Origin: an uncultured bacterium
GTDB lineage: Bacteria; JAGOEH01
Assembly: GCA_964632485.1 (NCBI GenBank)
Contig: CAZWDO010000001.1
Location: 248,001-293,630, forward strand
Reading direction: 5' to 3'
Length of the DNA: 45,630 nucleotides
Part shown: positions 37,228 through 45,630 of the stretch, piece by piece
How the letters are laid out: the number at the start of each line of letters is the position of its first letter
How positions within the stretch are numbered: position 1 is the first letter of the stretch
Position numbers and translations under genes: made by a program
Notes under the pieces: model-generated
Told to the model about the DNA's origin: nothing
Databases searched by the model: none
The model's input: the letters and a program-made list of their open reading frames with translations, nothing else

Positions 37228-38577
37228 TTATTGATGAAGACGTACCGTAATCATAGTCCGCGCCGACCGCATCTCATTGGCAATCGCCCACCCGGCGAGG
37301 ACCACGGCGCCCAGGCCAGCAGCGGAGATGACGGCAGCCCAGGGATAGTGCAAGGCAATGACCCACAGATGGTTCAGTCGTGAGATGCCGCAAAGAAAAT
37401 AAACAGCAATCACCAAGGAATGCGTATGCTGGCCGCGGCCCCAGAGCCAGGCCAGGGCCGGCAACAGCAGCGCGTGATTGTAGCGTTCGATATGCGCCAA
37501 AATGACCAATCCCAGTACCAGCCAAAGGAAAAAACCGGCTTGCAGATCGCCCCCCGGAAGTCTCCACAGAAGGAAGGCGCATTGTAAAAGCAAGATAATC
37601 GAAATCGCGTGGCTGATATATCGGGGCCAAGCGGGAAAAATGGTCAAAGGCGGTTGCCACTGAATAGTATCGCGAACTTCAGGACGCAGGGCGGGTACGA
37701 TGTAGCGTTCCGAGAGCATTAACCGCTGGAGACAGGCCGTCAGCGACTGATCGTCGATCCCCGGAGCCGTGAGGGCGCTTTCGAGCCGCCCCCCCAGGAA
37801 TCCCTGCCAATAAAGGCGATTGGCCGGCGGATAGGCCACCCACAGTGAGCTTAATATCCCCGCCGTCAGCAGAAAACATAGCCCAACCATTCGCCAGCGA
37901 TGCAGTAAAACAAATGCCCCCAGCCATATTACAGGAAAAAGCTTGACCCCGACCAGCAGCGCCTGAATGATGCCGATCCCCCACTCGCTTATTCGGGAAC
38001 GTCGATCCAACAGTTGCCCGATGGCCAATGCCCCTGCCAATAAAACGATGCTGGTTTGCCCCAGGGAAATATCCAATACAACAGGCCCAAAAGTCAAGAC
38101 CAGAATACCCAAACCCAACCGCTGATTCATCCCGCGGACTGCGGCCAGCTTGGATAGAGCCATCACACAGCAGCCGAGTATTCCCAGATTAAAAATCACC
38201 CAGAGCCAGGCAGAAACGGGAAAGAAAAAACAGGTAAAAGGCTGCAGCAACCAGGCCCAAAAGGGAGGATTGTAGATGAGTGGCGGACGAAAAGGAATAT
38301 GTTGAGCCATTCGCAGGCTGTCGATAAAAGCATTCGGCGCTGTATAGGGATTCAAACCCGCCCGCAGGGCAGCGGATGCAGCATAAAAACCGGAGAAATC
38401 TAACAGTTGCGGATAAGGGAAAAAACGCGCTATGCGCAGCGCCGCGCTACCGGCATGTAGGGCAAAACCCGCCATTCCCAACGCGAAAACAATCGGGTTC
38501 CGGCAAAATTCACGGAGATAATTGTAAATAGTCTGTTTCATCAACGGTAATTTGAATATTCGAAAGTAAAGGGACAT
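37228..38577 (-). CDS. GT87/DUF2029 polytopic membrane glycosyltransferase (GT-C)
   Basis: DF..FY.A...L..G.NPY, YNPPF, LGQ, VKLFP, DQSL motifs; many TM segments. Start may be ATG 38541. Confidence 0.85.
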   Translation of the reverse strand: MSLYFRIFKLPLMKQTIYNYLREFCRNPIVFALGMAGFALHAGSAALRIARFFPYPQLLDFSGFYAASAALRAGLNPYTAPNAFIDSLRMAQHIPFRPPLIYNPPFWAWLLQPFTCFFFPVSAWLWVIFNLGILGCCVMALSKLAAVRGMNQRLGLGILVLTFGPVVLDISLGQTSIVLLAGALAIGQLLDRRSRISEWGIGIIQALLVGVKLFPVIWLGAFVLLHRWRMVGLCFLLTAGILSSLWVAYPPANRLYWQGFLGGRLESALTAPGIDDQSLTACLQRLMLSERYIVPALRPEVRDTIQWQPPLTIFPAWPRYISHAISIILLLQCAFLLWRLPGGDLQAGFFLWLVLGLVILAHIERYNHALLLPALAWLWGRGQHTHSLVIAVYFLCGISRLNHLWVIALHYPWAAVISAAGLGAVVLAGWAIANEMRSARTMITVRLHQ

Positions 38578-38688
38578 CTATTTAACTGCCAGTACTTAGA
38601 CTCATATTCATCTTGATTATATATTTCTAATACACGCCAGCTTATTGAATATGTAATTCCTTGAATAGACGAATGTAATAAAATGGAA

Positions 38689-39855
38689 TTAAAGATTCGA
38701 ACTGTAGAAAACCCTGATACGTTGCATTCTATTTGCTTTCCACTCATTAAATGCCGACACGTCGTCTAATTGGTACTTTTCCGCTAAACCCAAACAATGA
38801 TTATACTTATCCACCAATTCCTGTTGACTTAACCCATTGTCTTCCGGGATAAAAATGTTATTTTCTTTTAAAAAGTCATAATCATTAACTAAAGCCTGGA
38901 CAACTTTTTTACCCTTGATAATTGTATCAGAATTGCAACTTTTGCCTCTTACATCATCCTCCAAATCCAGTAAAAAAGATCTGAATTGGTCAAGGGAGTA
39001 CAATTTTTTAATGCCTGCCATCGTTTTTAATGAGTCTTGCCAAAGATTTATGAAATAAGCTATATGTTCGACTACCTCAATGTCAGCATTGTTTTCCTGA
39101 AGCCATTCTTTCTTCATTGCGTAATATTTCAAAACGATCTCTTTTTCTAATGTATATAGCTCGAGGGACTTATCCTTGCCAACACCCTCTTCTATATCAC
39201 ACAGATGCTGCATAAAAGTTCTGGTTTCAAATCGCTCAGCCATGTGAAATTCTGGACGATCTTTACCGTCAGAGTTAAATTCAGTTAGCGGATTAAATTT
39301 ATATGCATAACCAAAATCGAAAAATTTTACCTTATTTGAAGGTCTTACAAGTATATTGCCACTACATAGATCACACTCGAAAACATCTGATTTTTCCATG
39401 TTGAACAAAGTAAAAAAAAGATTATCAAGCAACTCCTGGTTATAACCACTTACCTCATCTCCTTCCACCCAGGGCGAGAAAATAATTTCATCTTTAAATC
39501 CAGCGTAAATCGTGTCAATAACACTTTCTAACCCGTCGGGATTATCTCTTTTAGCTATGGCAAAATCTTGTCTTCTTTGAACTTCATTTAAAAATGAGGT
39601 TTGGCCATCAATGTTTCGGACTAAGGCTTCTTTCCTTTTTTTCTTTAAGGTATAAAATTTACCATCAATTTCCAGTTTAAACACCTCTGAGGTTAATCCG
39701 CCATTAATATAACGGACAACGCAATCTGAATTGCGATCTATGACCTTTAATTTTTCAAGTGAAATTGGCAATTCATGGATATTACCGACAACAATATCTT
39801 CGTGACTATTCACAAATTCTAATTGCCTCTGTTGTCTTATTTCTGCATGGTTCAT
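38689..39855 (-). CDS. protein-kinase-like (APH/ELK-type) phosphotransferase
   Basis: GGLTSEVF Gly loop, YTLKK lysine, NE helix Glu, CDLCSGNIL catalytic loop, FFDFG; GGAG RBS. Confidence 0.78.
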   Translation of the reverse strand: MNHAEIRQQRQLEFVNSHEDIVVGNIHELPISLEKLKVIDRNSDCVVRYINGGLTSEVFKLEIDGKFYTLKKKRKEALVRNIDGQTSFLNEVQRRQDFAIAKRDNPDGLESVIDTIYAGFKDEIIFSPWVEGDEVSGYNQELLDNLFFTLFNMEKSDVFECDLCSGNILVRPSNKVKFFDFGYAYKFNPLTEFNSDGKDRPEFHMAERFETRTFMQHLCDIEEGVGKDKSLELYTLEKEIVLKYYAMKKEWLQENNADIEVVEHIAYFINLWQDSLKTMAGIKKLYSLDQFRSFLLDLEDDVRGKSCNSDTIIKGKKVVQALVNDYDFLKENNIFIPEDNGLSQQELVDKYNHCLGLAEKYQLDDVSAFNEWKANRMQRIRVFYSSNL

Positions 39856-40019
39856 CTGAATTCTCCATTATGGTTATCACACTACAAAAGATTAATATTT
39901 AAACTAACAATGCCGAGCAATCTATTTTCAAATCAAAGATGTAATTCCAGAAAACTTCACTCGTTAAAAATCTAAAGTACGCGAGGGGATACTTGCTGAA
40001 ACCTGTGCCATACCTTTGG

Positions 40020-41960
40020 TCATTTCAGCAAAAGCATTCTCTTAACATTTTCAAATTTATTACCCTGAGGGGCATCTGCTATTAAATGATAAAAATACAA
40101 ACCAGAAGTATTCAATTTGGCATCCCATTTAGTATGATAATATCCTGCTTCTTGATATTCATCTATCAAGGTAGTAACCTCCTGGCCAAGGAAGTTGTAT
40201 ATTTTAAGAGTCACCTTACTGGGTACCTGCAACTGATATTCAATAGTTGTTATAGAGTTAAAAGGATTGGGATAATTGATGTTAAGTTCTGATTTGTTTG
40301 GTGTAACATGATTGAACGAACTGACAGAAGTGCCTACCTTGAAAAGTTTATAAATCTGTCCTGTATGCGTTCCAATAATATCACCCTTATCATTCTCGAA
40401 TAATCCAATATTGTCTATTCCAGTCGCATTTTCTCCAAAAATGTAGGGAGCATCACCATTTAACGGCCACATCTGCAAATCATCATTTCTGCCAATCAAT
40501 ATCCCATGCTCTTTCGAACAATACAAAATCGGGGGGACGCCGAGAGTTCCCAATTGTATCACGTCTGTAGCAATCGTATCAATTACAGATTGGCCAACCT
40601 CAATTCTAAGAAAATGATTTGCCTCTCTTTCAAAGAGATAAAAATAACCGCTGTCATCAACAGTGCCAGTTGCCCCAGGATTTCCTTGTAATGTAAAAAT
40701 TTTTGTTGCCGTCGGGTTTTCTGTTAAAGGAAGTAGCCACACACAAATATCTGTTTCTTGAGTCGTAAAAAGAATCAAAGCGTCATTTTTACTGTCATAC
40801 GACATTTTAAGCAGGTGATTACCACTGATTCCGCTGAAATAATGATCCACATTCATATCGCCGACTTTTAAAATTGTGAAGACCTCGCCTGTCAAACTTG
40901 CATAAAAATCACCGTTTTTACTTTCGCATAGACTTGAATAAAACTCATTTTGTCTGTCGCCAAAGGGAGTCAATCCATTACTATCAACAGACATTAGCTG
41001 ATTTTTTAACCCGAGAAAAACTTTTCCATTTCTTGTTTCCCCAACACAGTGACGGTTCACTATTTCGGTCAGAAACGCTCCGTCTCCACTTGCATTCAAG
41101 TCATATACTCCAATACCACCATCACTGCAGGCGATTAAAAACGATTGGCGGTAAGAATCCCAAATTATTTCGCCCATGCCCGTAAAGGGTTCAATCACTT
41201 TGTTAAAAATACCGGCGATGTTGTCATATTTATTTAATCCCCCCCTTCCACCTGGCACACCTGCTGTGTAATAATAGAGATCATTAGAGTCATCCAACCC
41301 TACTCCGATGGCTTCATCAGTGCCTGGAATTCCTAACCCGGTTGCCAGCGTATCTACTGCTTGTGTAGTTAAGTTGTACTTTATCAAAGAACCCAAAAAT
41401 GATTGTGTATAATATAAAACATCGTTTATAGGGTCGATTGCAAGCTGAGAGCAACCATGGACATTGCTGACAACAGTATCCAGCAGAACACACTCTTCGC
41501 TGAAATGATAGATAGTACTTCTGTCAGCAAAGCATCCGGTAAAAAAAGAATCATCATCAGGATCAACCGTAACAGTTGATACCCCGGGATCAAATGTCAG
41601 TTGCTTCAATATTGAAACCCCGGATGGATCACAGATATAGAAACAATCTTGCCCAACTCCTACAATTCGATCATGGCCCGGTTGATAAAAAATGGTTGAA
41701 AGCATGATACCTGAAAGGTCACAATAGGCTGAAGCGCGATTATTGATGTCTATCGAAATAATTTTATTCTGCGCCGGGTCCAGCAAATATACGATATTAT
41801 TTTTATCTACACAGATTTTTATCGGTGAAATAGGATTTGTCTGGTAGATAACCTCTTGACTCCAATCAGCCGGCAGGTTTTTAAACGCATCTAAAAACTG
41901 TGCATTAGCCTGGACGGACAGGAAGAGCAATAAAACGAAAAGCAGTTTTTTCTTAGCCAT
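40020..41960 (-). CDS. secreted beta-propeller protein with T9SS/FlgD-type C-terminal domain
   Basis: Signal peptide ending ANA; repeated 'VD..N.VY..D' blades; C-terminal NYPNPFNS.T.I.Y.L...V.LKIYN.LGQEV...SGLYFY. Confidence 0.85.
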   Translation of the reverse strand: MAKKKLLFVLLLFLSVQANAQFLDAFKNLPADWSQEVIYQTNPISPIKICVDKNNIVYLLDPAQNKIISIDINNRASAYCDLSGIMLSTIFYQPGHDRIVGVGQDCFYICDPSGVSILKQLTFDPGVSTVTVDPDDDSFFTGCFADRSTIYHFSEECVLLDTVVSNVHGCSQLAIDPINDVLYYTQSFLGSLIKYNLTTQAVDTLATGLGIPGTDEAIGVGLDDSNDLYYYTAGVPGGRGGLNKYDNIAGIFNKVIEPFTGMGEIIWDSYRQSFLIACSDGGIGVYDLNASGDGAFLTEIVNRHCVGETRNGKVFLGLKNQLMSVDSNGLTPFGDRQNEFYSSLCESKNGDFYASLTGEVFTILKVGDMNVDHYFSGISGNHLLKMSYDSKNDALILFTTQETDICVWLLPLTENPTATKIFTLQGNPGATGTVDDSGYFYLFEREANHFLRIEVGQSVIDTIATDVIQLGTLGVPPILYCSKEHGILIGRNDDLQMWPLNGDAPYIFGENATGIDNIGLFENDKGDIIGTHTGQIYKLFKVGTSVSSFNHVTPNKSELNINYPNPFNSITTIEYQLQVPSKVTLKIYNFLGQEVTTLIDEYQEAGYYHTKWDAKLNTSGLYFYHLIADAPQGNKFENVKRMLLLK

Positions 41961-42217
41961 AGTTTTTCCTTTTTTTAGTGTTCATAGATAATCCGTTTTA
42001 ACAGAAAATAGAATAAATATAAAAATACTCCAGTGTTTATCAGCATGCTTATTCGATTCTGGTTCTGTGTATTTGTTTTGCTTCAGATGAAGATGGAGGG
42101 CGCGAAGCGTAATCGATTAACTGCCGTTGTACGATGCGCCGGCTTTTTTCCAAATCAAAATACATGGACGAATTTTGACTTCCTTCCCTTTTCTACCAAT
42201 GTGAATGACATCTGTAC

Positions 42218-43825
42218 TCATGGCAACTCTTTTAATCCAAGTTCTTTAAGAAACTGATTATGGGTATTCTTTGCCGTTGTTATGGTCTTCTCAATTTCAT
42301 CCAAGTTTTTATTGACTTTATTGATATCAATAACTTCTTCTTGTTCTGCTGTGCTCACATACCGCGAAATATTCAGATTGTATTCATTCTTTTTTATTTC
42401 TTCCATAGAGACACATCGGGAATACCGCTCTTCTTCTTTACGGTATTGATATGTGTCTATGATTTTATCAATGTGTTCCACCGAAAGAACATTCTGCCGT
42501 TTGCCTTTTTCAAAGTGTTGGCCGGCGTTGACAAACAAAACATCATCAAACTTTTTGCATTTTTTAAGCACGAGGATACATACCGGAATGCCGGTAGAAA
42601 AGAAAAGATTTGCCGGCAAGCCGATAACCGTATCAATATTCCCATCTTTGAGCAATTTCGTGCGTATTCGTTCTTCAGCCCCACCGCGAAAAAGAACACC
42701 GTGCGGCAGAATAATCGCCATGGTGCCTTCATCGCTTAAAAAATGAAAGCCGTGCAACAGAAAAGCAAAGTCGGCTGCGGATTTTGGGGCAAGACCATAA
42801 CTTTTAAACCGGAAATCATCGGCCAATGCCTCGTTTGGTTCCCAGCGGTAACTAAAGGGAGGATTGGCAACCACCGCATCACATTCCAGCTTTTTTACCG
42901 GATTCATTTCATTGAGGATATCCCAGTCATTAAGAAGAGAATCTCCATGACGAATTTGAAACTCCGAATCTTTCAATCCATGGAGCAGCATGTTCATCCG
43001 CGCAAGGTTGTAAGTGGTAATGTTTTTTTCCTGCCCGTATATCTGCCCGATACTGTTGTACCCGAGCTGCTTTCTTACATTCAAAAGAAGAGAGCCTGAA
43101 CCACAGGCAAAATCGAGGACTTTTTTCAGCTTTTTCTTTTTACCGGAAGCAGGGTTTTGACTATCCAATGTAACAATGCGGGACAGTATGGTTGAAATCT
43201 GCTGCGGTGTATAAAACTCTCCGGCTTTTTTTCCTGAACCGGAGGCAAATTGTCCAATCAGATATTCATAAGCATCGCCTAAAATATCACTTTCGGTAGA
43301 AAACTCCGAAAGACCTTCGGCAATTTTGGCTACAATCGTACAGAGTTTTGCGTTACGGGCAGAATAGTTTTTCCCAAGTTTTTCAGAGTCCAGATTGATT
43401 TCCGAAAACAACCCCTGGAAAGTGCTTTCGAAAGAGTCGTTTTCAACATGTTTGAATCCGGCTTGCAAGGTTTTAAGGAGGTCATCGCTCCGGGTTCTTG
43501 CCAGCTCGTATATACTGCTCCAGAGATATTCGGGTCTGATAATATAATGAATTTTGCGACGCATCTGCTTTTCGAATACGGCTGTATCTTTCTTGTTTGC
43601 TTCATACCAGACAGAGAGGGGTGTCCTTTTGTCGTCTTCTTTCAGCTTCGGATAATCTTTTCCAAGCTCTTTTTGAGCTGCGGTTTCATAGTTGTCTGAA
43701 AGGTAGCGTAAAAACAGAAAAGAGAGCATATAATCTCGGAAGTCATCGGCATTCATTGCCCCGCGGAGTTGGTCGGCAATCTTCCAGAGGGTTGCGCCTA
43801 ATTGTTTTTGCATTTGATCTGTCAT
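42218..43825 (-). CDS. hsdM: type I restriction-modification methyltransferase subunit
   Basis: LW.IAD.LRG, GDAYEYLI..FA..SGKKAGEFYTP, motif I DFACGSG, motif IV NPPF, LPHGVLFRG, YNLNISRYV. Confidence 0.97.
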   Translation of the reverse strand: MTDQMQKQLGATLWKIADQLRGAMNADDFRDYMLSFLFLRYLSDNYETAAQKELGKDYPKLKEDDKRTPLSVWYEANKKDTAVFEKQMRRKIHYIIRPEYLWSSIYELARTRSDDLLKTLQAGFKHVENDSFESTFQGLFSEINLDSEKLGKNYSARNAKLCTIVAKIAEGLSEFSTESDILGDAYEYLIGQFASGSGKKAGEFYTPQQISTILSRIVTLDSQNPASGKKKKLKKVLDFACGSGSLLLNVRKQLGYNSIGQIYGQEKNITTYNLARMNMLLHGLKDSEFQIRHGDSLLNDWDILNEMNPVKKLECDAVVANPPFSYRWEPNEALADDFRFKSYGLAPKSAADFAFLLHGFHFLSDEGTMAIILPHGVLFRGGAEERIRTKLLKDGNIDTVIGLPANLFFSTGIPVCILVLKKCKKFDDVLFVNAGQHFEKGKRQNVLSVEHIDKIIDTYQYRKEEERYSRCVSMEEIKKNEYNLNISRYVSTAEQEEVIDINKVNKNLDEIEKTITTAKNTHNQFLKELGLKELP

Positions 43826-43864
43826 GGTTTACTCATTAATTTCAGTTGAGGTGTCGTTCGATTT

Positions 43865-44680
43865 TTATTTTTTTTTATCATCTAATTTCTTTATCCCACT
43901 ACCATCAGTTAGCAGTCTTATCTGTGAAATGGCTAGTTGGTTTAATTTTAATAGTCGCTCGCTCTGTGGTACCCCCTCTTGAATAAAATAAGCGTTCAGG
44001 TTTTCAAGATTCGACAGACATACAAGCTGAGACACATCAGCATAATCCCTTATATTTCCTTTTAAATCAGGATGTTTATCACGCCAATCTTTGGCTGTCA
44101 TCCCGAATAATGCCATATTTAAAATATCCGCTTCTGTGGCATAGACCCAATTTATCTGCTCTTTCGATAGTTCCGGCGGTATAAGTTTTTTTTTGATAGC
44201 ATCTGTATGGATTCGATAATTGATCTTTGTTAAATTTCTACGAATATCCCAACCTAACTGTTTAAGCTCTGAATCTTTTAGACGTTGAAATTCTTTAATC
44301 AGGTACAATTTAAATTGTGGTGAAATCCATGAGGCAAATTCAAAAGCGATATCTTTGTGGGCGTAAGTTCCACCATAACGACCGGCTTTGGCAATAATGC
44401 CTTTAGAATTGGTTTTTTCGACCCACTGTTTTACTGATAAAACGAATCGGTTCAAACCGGCTTGATTTTTAATTCCCTCGAATTCGGGGGAATTAAACTC
44501 CGGGTTATACATTTCTTCCCAGATGCCAATAAACTCAATCGTGTTTTTGTTACGGAGCCATTTTTCTATAAGAGCAAGTCCATTTTCAATATTTCTAACC
44601 ATATCCGTGAGAGATATGTAGTCATCATCATTTTGTGTGTATATTGTAATTTCCTTATCTAAAACATTGATTTTAGCCAT
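43865..44680 (-). CDS. KilA-N domain DNA-binding protein
   Basis: DYISLTD, WLRNKNTIEF.G.WE, GRYGGTYAHKDIAFEFASW.SP.F.LYLIKEFQRLK, KINY.IHTDAIK; GGAG RBS. Confidence 0.9.
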   Translation of the reverse strand: MAKINVLDKEITIYTQNDDDYISLTDMVRNIENGLALIEKWLRNKNTIEFIGIWEEMYNPEFNSPEFEGIKNQAGLNRFVLSVKQWVEKTNSKGIIAKAGRYGGTYAHKDIAFEFASWISPQFKLYLIKEFQRLKDSELKQLGWDIRRNLTKINYRIHTDAIKKKLIPPELSKEQINWVYATEADILNMALFGMTAKDWRDKHPDLKGNIRDYADVSQLVCLSNLENLNAYFIQEGVPQSERLLKLNQLAISQIRLLTDGSGIKKLDDKKK

Positions 44681-44700
44681 AGTACCAACTCCTTATTTTT

Positions 44701-44767
44701 AACCGCGAACGGCACGAAAACATTTTTTATTGCTTTTTTTTTCGTGTGGTTCGTGTTTTTCGTGGTT
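44701..44767. repeat. REP-like imperfect inverted repeat built from 9-bp TTCGTG units
   Basis: AACCGCGAACGGCACGAA (44701-44718) pairs with TTCGTGTTTTTCGTGGTT (44750-44767); TTCGTG at 44741, 44750, 44759. Confidence 0.7.
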
Positions 44768-44773
44768 CATGGT

Positions 44774-45630
44774 TCATATATTCTCCTCAGCAGACGGAAA
44801 AAGCCCCTGCATCAAGCCTTTTTTATGGGTTTTGAGGGTGTCGATTTTTTGCGCCTGGGCGGTGATGAGTTCATCGAGGGAGGAGAGGCAATCGGCGATT
44901 TTTTGTTGTTCAGAAAGATATGGAATAACAATTTTATAGTTTTTTAAAGAATTTGCTGACAACTCCTTAAATGTATTTCCTGCACCTAAATCCGAAAGTT
45001 GTTTTTTGTGAAATGCTAAACAATAAAATAAAAAATCATAATTTGTTACTCTGTTAGGGATTAAAGCTTTACAACCTTGATTCATTGTCATTTCGATTTT
45101 ATTAATTGCTAAATGACCGATTGGGGCTCGTGTCGAGAGTATAACTGAATTTATTGGCAATAAATCTGAAGAACAATTTTTAAGACCTAATTCAGTAATT
45201 TTTCTTACTGTTGAATGGACAAATCTTGTTTCTAACTTTCCCATTTCTGCGGGTGTAAGCCATTCAATTAAACCATTCCAATAAACAAGATTTGATGTGT
45301 CAGGAGTTCCGCCTTGGGAAATTTTTTCGCAAACTTCTATAAGACTCTTTTCCTCCCACTCCCCACTATCACGAAACTCAGGGAACCGCCATTCCGGCAC
45401 GGTTTCCCCTTCGGCGGGGAAAAGCTTTTGCATCAGCCCTTTTTTATGGGCTTTGTAGGCTTCGAGCTTCCCGGCTTCGGCGGTGATGAGTTCATCGAGG
45501 GAAGTGAGGCAGTTGGCGATTTTTTGTTGTTCATGGAGTGTCGGCAAAACAACTGGCATATCCAATAAGTGCTTTGTATCAACATTTAGTGAACCATGTG
45601 CCCGTGCACCAACAGCGATAAACTTTCTCA
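44774..45630 (-). CDS. hsdS: type I restriction-modification specificity subunit (5'-truncated by window end)
   Basis: Two EQQKIA.CL.SLDELI....K....K.HKKGLMQ.LF helices, P..RFPEF spacer, TRD with GGTP and NQG. The frame stays open from 45565 to the window end. Confidence 0.95.
   Translation of the reverse strand, partial: RKFIAVGARAHGSLNVDTKHLLDMPVVLPTLHEQQKIANCLTSLDELITAEAGKLEAYKAHKKGLMQKLFPAEGETVPEWRFPEFRDSGEWEEKSLIEVCEKISQGGTPDTSNLVYWNGLIEWLTPAEMGKLETRFVHSTVRKITELGLKNCSSDLLPINSVILSTRAPIGHLAINKIEMTMNQGCKALIPNRVTNYDFLFYCLAFHKKQLSDLGAGNTFKELSANSLKNYKIVIPYLSEQQKIADCLSSLDELITAQAQKIDTLKTHKKGLMQGLFPSAEENI

Noticed and set aside
42033..42257. 74-aa plus-strand ORF between the propeller gene and hsdM
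   Set aside because: No RBS or motifs, and it overlaps the hsdM 3' end; more likely non-coding.

Overview
Bacterial genomic scaffold, probably metagenome-assembled (10-N gap at 10386-10395). An FCB-group-like host is inferred from two proteins with T9SS/FlgD-type C-terminal sorting domains and a Bacteroidota-type V-ATPase operon. Left part (1-25.4 kb) is mostly core metabolism: rpiB, gpmI, manA; a tightly coupled operon lipoprotein / REC-RsbW fusion / type II pantothenate kinase / panB / panD / panC / MurG with a long HEAT-like tail / mraY; an orphan Hpt-REC plus CheY-like pair; pyrC, a TPR lipoprotein, an exported C26 hydrolase; a V-type ATPase operon (E, DUF2764, A, B, D, I, K) with a Na+-type c ring; tRNA-Gly(CCC); and an acetate-kinase homologue that has lost many catalytic motifs. 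Right part (25.5-45.6 kb) is a compositionally patchy accessory region: secreted beta-propeller proteins, a DUF362 Fe-S protein, an orphan beta-propeller/GAF histidine kinase, a GT-like/alkyl-sulfatase fusion next to a GT87, a protein-kinase-like gene, and part of a type I R-M locus (hsdS, KilA-N, hsdM). Best leads: the MurG-HEAT/MraY pair inside the CoA operon, the apparent acetate-kinase pseudoenzyme, the GT-like/sulfatase fusion with GT87, the CheA-like Hpt-REC protein, and a ~120-nt structured RNA candidate before rpiB. The mraY insertion looks like an assembly chimera. All calls come from motif recognition by eye; no searches were run.
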